Assembly (NCBI RefSeq): GCF_006345805.1
Contig: NC_043011.1
Coordinates: forward strand, 54,386,464-54,450,463
DNA: 64,000 nucleotides
Direction of reading: 5' to 3'
DNA from: Octopus sinensis
Taxonomy: Eukaryota
Numbering within the stretch: position 1 is the first letter of the stretch; every line of letters begins with the position of its first letter. Below, piece after piece: positions 63,187 to 64,000 of the stretch. The notes beneath the pieces are model-generated. The model ran no database searches. It worked only from the letters and a program-made list of their open reading frames with translations, and was not told the DNA's origin. A program made the position numbers and the translations under genes.

Positions 63187-63221
63187 GTTTAACATTTCGA
63201 GCAATGCTCTTCGTCAGAAAC
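63187..63221 (-). ncRNA. Minimal hammerhead motif with extra A after A9 (degenerate)
   Basis: Minus strand: GUUU CUGACGA A GAGC-auu-GCUC GAA AUGU U AAAC. A more decayed sibling lies at ~63446-63467. Confidence 0.55.
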
Positions 63222-63282
63222 AGAGGCAAGTTTAATGGTAAGGATGATGGAGGAAGAAAATCGCCAACGATTCACATGTGGT

Positions 63283-63334
<52 letters not shown>

Positions 63335-63477
63335 AACAAATAAAAAATAAAAACAGGAAAAAACAACAAAAACAAACAGTGAATATATTACATTGACACT
63401 CAATGAAAGTCTGAGAAAGCTAAACAGGAGTGGAAATGATATCTGGAGCATGGCTCTTCGCCAGAAAGCTATATATA

Positions 63478-63866
63478 TTTCTTTATTGCCCACAGGGGGC
63501 TAAACATAGAGGGAACAAACAAGGACAGACAAAGGGAGTAAGTTGATTACACTGACCGCAGTGCATGACTGGTACTTAATTTATCGACCCCAGTGGAATT
63601 TGAACTCAGAACGTAATGACGGATGAAATACCCATTTCTTTACTACCCACAAGGGGCTAAACACCGAGGGGACAAACAAGGACAGACAAACGGATTAAGT
63701 CGATTACATCGACCCCAGTGTGTAACTGGTACTTATTTAATCGACCCCGAAAGGATGAAAGGCAAAGTTGACCTCGGCAGAATTTGAACCCAGAATGTAG
63801 CGGCAGACGAAATGCCGCTAAGCATTTTGCCCGGCGTGCTAACGTTTCTGCCAGCTCACCACCTTA
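63478..63866 (-). mobile_element. Family-B SINE dimer joined at GGTAT
   Basis: The junction at 63628-63632 has the same register as those at 3892, 14388 and 18601. Confidence 0.9.
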
Positions 63867-64000
63867 AGATATATAATACACACACACACACACGCACACA
63901 CACACACACACACACACCACATATAGTCTCCAGTTTCCTAGCCAAAGACTCTAAAGGACTTCTTAGTGCTGAGATGAACCCTCTTCTTTAATCTCATATG

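Noticed and set aside
2844-63866. tRNA genes at A-box/B-box sites
   Set aside because: Each is followed by a SINE body and tail, and none folds into a full cloverleaf by inspection.

Overview
This window is AT-rich, microsatellite-dense eukaryotic non-coding DNA. The SINE families match my recollection of octopus SINEs, so it is most likely an Octopus intron or intergenic region (unverified; confirm by Dfam/BLAST). I find no intact protein-coding gene, and nearly all listed ORFs are translations of (TA)n/(CA)n microsatellites, SINEs or a satellite. Supported content: dozens of tRNA-derived SINE copies in about five families (labelled A-E here); a 3.8-kb 41-bp satellite that grew inside a SINE; a full-length but frameshifted DD34D mariner; CR1-like and RTE-like LINE 3' remnants; a non-autonomous Lep1/HINE-like Helitron; a palindromic MITE in (TA)n; a probable LTR-type promoter; and a 100-N gap. 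The main find is a set of at least five sequence-unrelated type I hammerhead ribozyme motifs, probably Penelope-like or retrozyme relics. Twice they occur as divergent inverted pairs, and one copy, inside a ~500-bp palindrome at 47.1-47.6 kb, has a complete catalytic core. A second theme is a SINE (family B) whose insertion sites begin with GGTAT, a motif it also carries internally, which would explain its repeated self-nesting.
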